Both the position numbers and the translations under genes were made by a program. DNA of 64,000 nt from Eledone cirrhosa (lineage: Eukaryota), in contig OZ024755.1 of the NCBI GenBank assembly GCA_964016885.1, forward strand, positions 38,998,001 through 39,062,000. Direction: 5' to 3'. The notes beneath the pieces are model-generated. The model had not been told where the DNA came from. It saw only the letters and a program-made list of their open reading frames with translations, and did no database searches. Below are positions 62,770-64,000 of the stretch, in pieces; the stretch's first letter is position 1; every line of letters starts with the position of its first letter.

Positions 62770-62857
62770 AGATTCTACAGGACTAGAACTGTTTCATTGT
62801 TTAGAAATCATCAGTACCTTACTTACTGTGGTTACCTCCGATTCAACCCGGAATAAC

Positions 62858-62908
<51 letters not shown>

Positions 62909-63390
62909 AAAGTTCTATTTAAATTGTTGGGATACAACAAGCAAATATTTTTATAACTGATATAAAGCACTCAACAAGTATTTGGAGTAAACATACGATA
63001 TTAACAAATGGAAGCTATATTTATAAAACCATATTTATTTCATTATACATATTTCAAGGACACCAAGTTAAATTATGGTGTGCTTTCATCAGACAAAATA
63101 TAATATAGATCAGTTTTATAAATAAATATTGACATACCCTTAAAAAATGCAACCATTACTGTTGGAAGCTCATATATATATATATATATGAGTTCCGGGT
63201 TCCATAGGGGGTAACCACAGTAAGTAAGGTACTCGATCCATTAGTAGATGGTAAACACCCTGTTCAATATAGAAATGGCTTCTACAGGACTAGAACTATT
63301 TCATTCAAAAGAAATCATCAGGAAAGACCTGGTGATTTCTTTTGAATGAAATAGTTTTACTCCTGTAAACACCATCTCTAGATTAAACAT
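62770..63390. mobile_element. Cluster of PLE pLTR fragments between (TA)n tracts, carrying four hammerhead motifs
   Basis: 62773-62814(-) and 63279-63324(-)/63329-63367(+) match the 46222 family; 63036-63100(-) matches the 39501 family. Confidence 0.75.
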
Positions 63391-63495
<105 letters not shown>

Positions 63496-64000
63496 TAGAA
63501 TGGGTAGCTCGGATATTAGAGAGTCACTCCAGGTAGAGACGCTATTTCTGTGAAATGAGAGATCACAGCTCCTATACTATAGATTTCAAGGGCTAAACTA
63601 ACCGACAGGAGACCCAGGGGTTGACCCGAGCAAGGTGGTTGATTGACAATAATGAGCTTGGCTGGTCACACTTGGGGATCCAGCCAGATCAGTTTGAGAC
63701 GGTTGTTTCTGTCAGGACCTGCTGGAAGGAGTGTTTCAGGACTCTGCCCCCACGACCACCGCTCTCTCAAGAAGAAGTAAAAGAAGAAAAATAAGAAAAA
63801 AAAAAAAAAAAGAATTAAATAAAAAGAAAATAAAAAGAAAAAGAAAATAAAAAAAAGAAAAAGAAAATAAAAAAAAAGAAAAAGAAAAAGAAAAAGAAAA
63901 AGAAAAAAAAAGAAAAAGAAAAAGAAATAATCAGAAATTGCCACGTGGTAGCGTATTTCTTGTCCTGCACTGTTAACCTGAACAGCAACATGCTTCGGCG

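Overview
Eukaryotic, AT-rich, microsatellite-laden DNA with no bacterial features. The tRNA-derived SINEs and repeat landscape resemble an octopod cephalopod genome (inference). Most of the window is nested transposable elements: a decayed Helitron (HUH Rep + Pif1 helicase), a near full-length Tx1/L1-clade LINE on the minus strand, an RTE-clade LINE ending in three C2H2 zinc fingers, a Penelope-like element (PLE; RT + GIY-YIG with a CxCx5Cx5C linker), two hAT elements with 8-bp TSDs, about 25 SINE copies and about 10 minisatellites. The largest minisatellite is a 3-kb 42-bp array that creates the long spurious ORFs. The most striking feature the ORF track misses is about 20 intact or decayed type I hammerhead ribozyme motifs from several sequence families. 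Most have self-complementary stem III sequences and many lie as inverted pairs in foldback DNA next to (TA)n. Four phase-compatible candidate exons may belong to an unidentified, possibly decayed host gene. All calls were made by eye; boundaries are approximate unless TSDs or TIRs are quoted.
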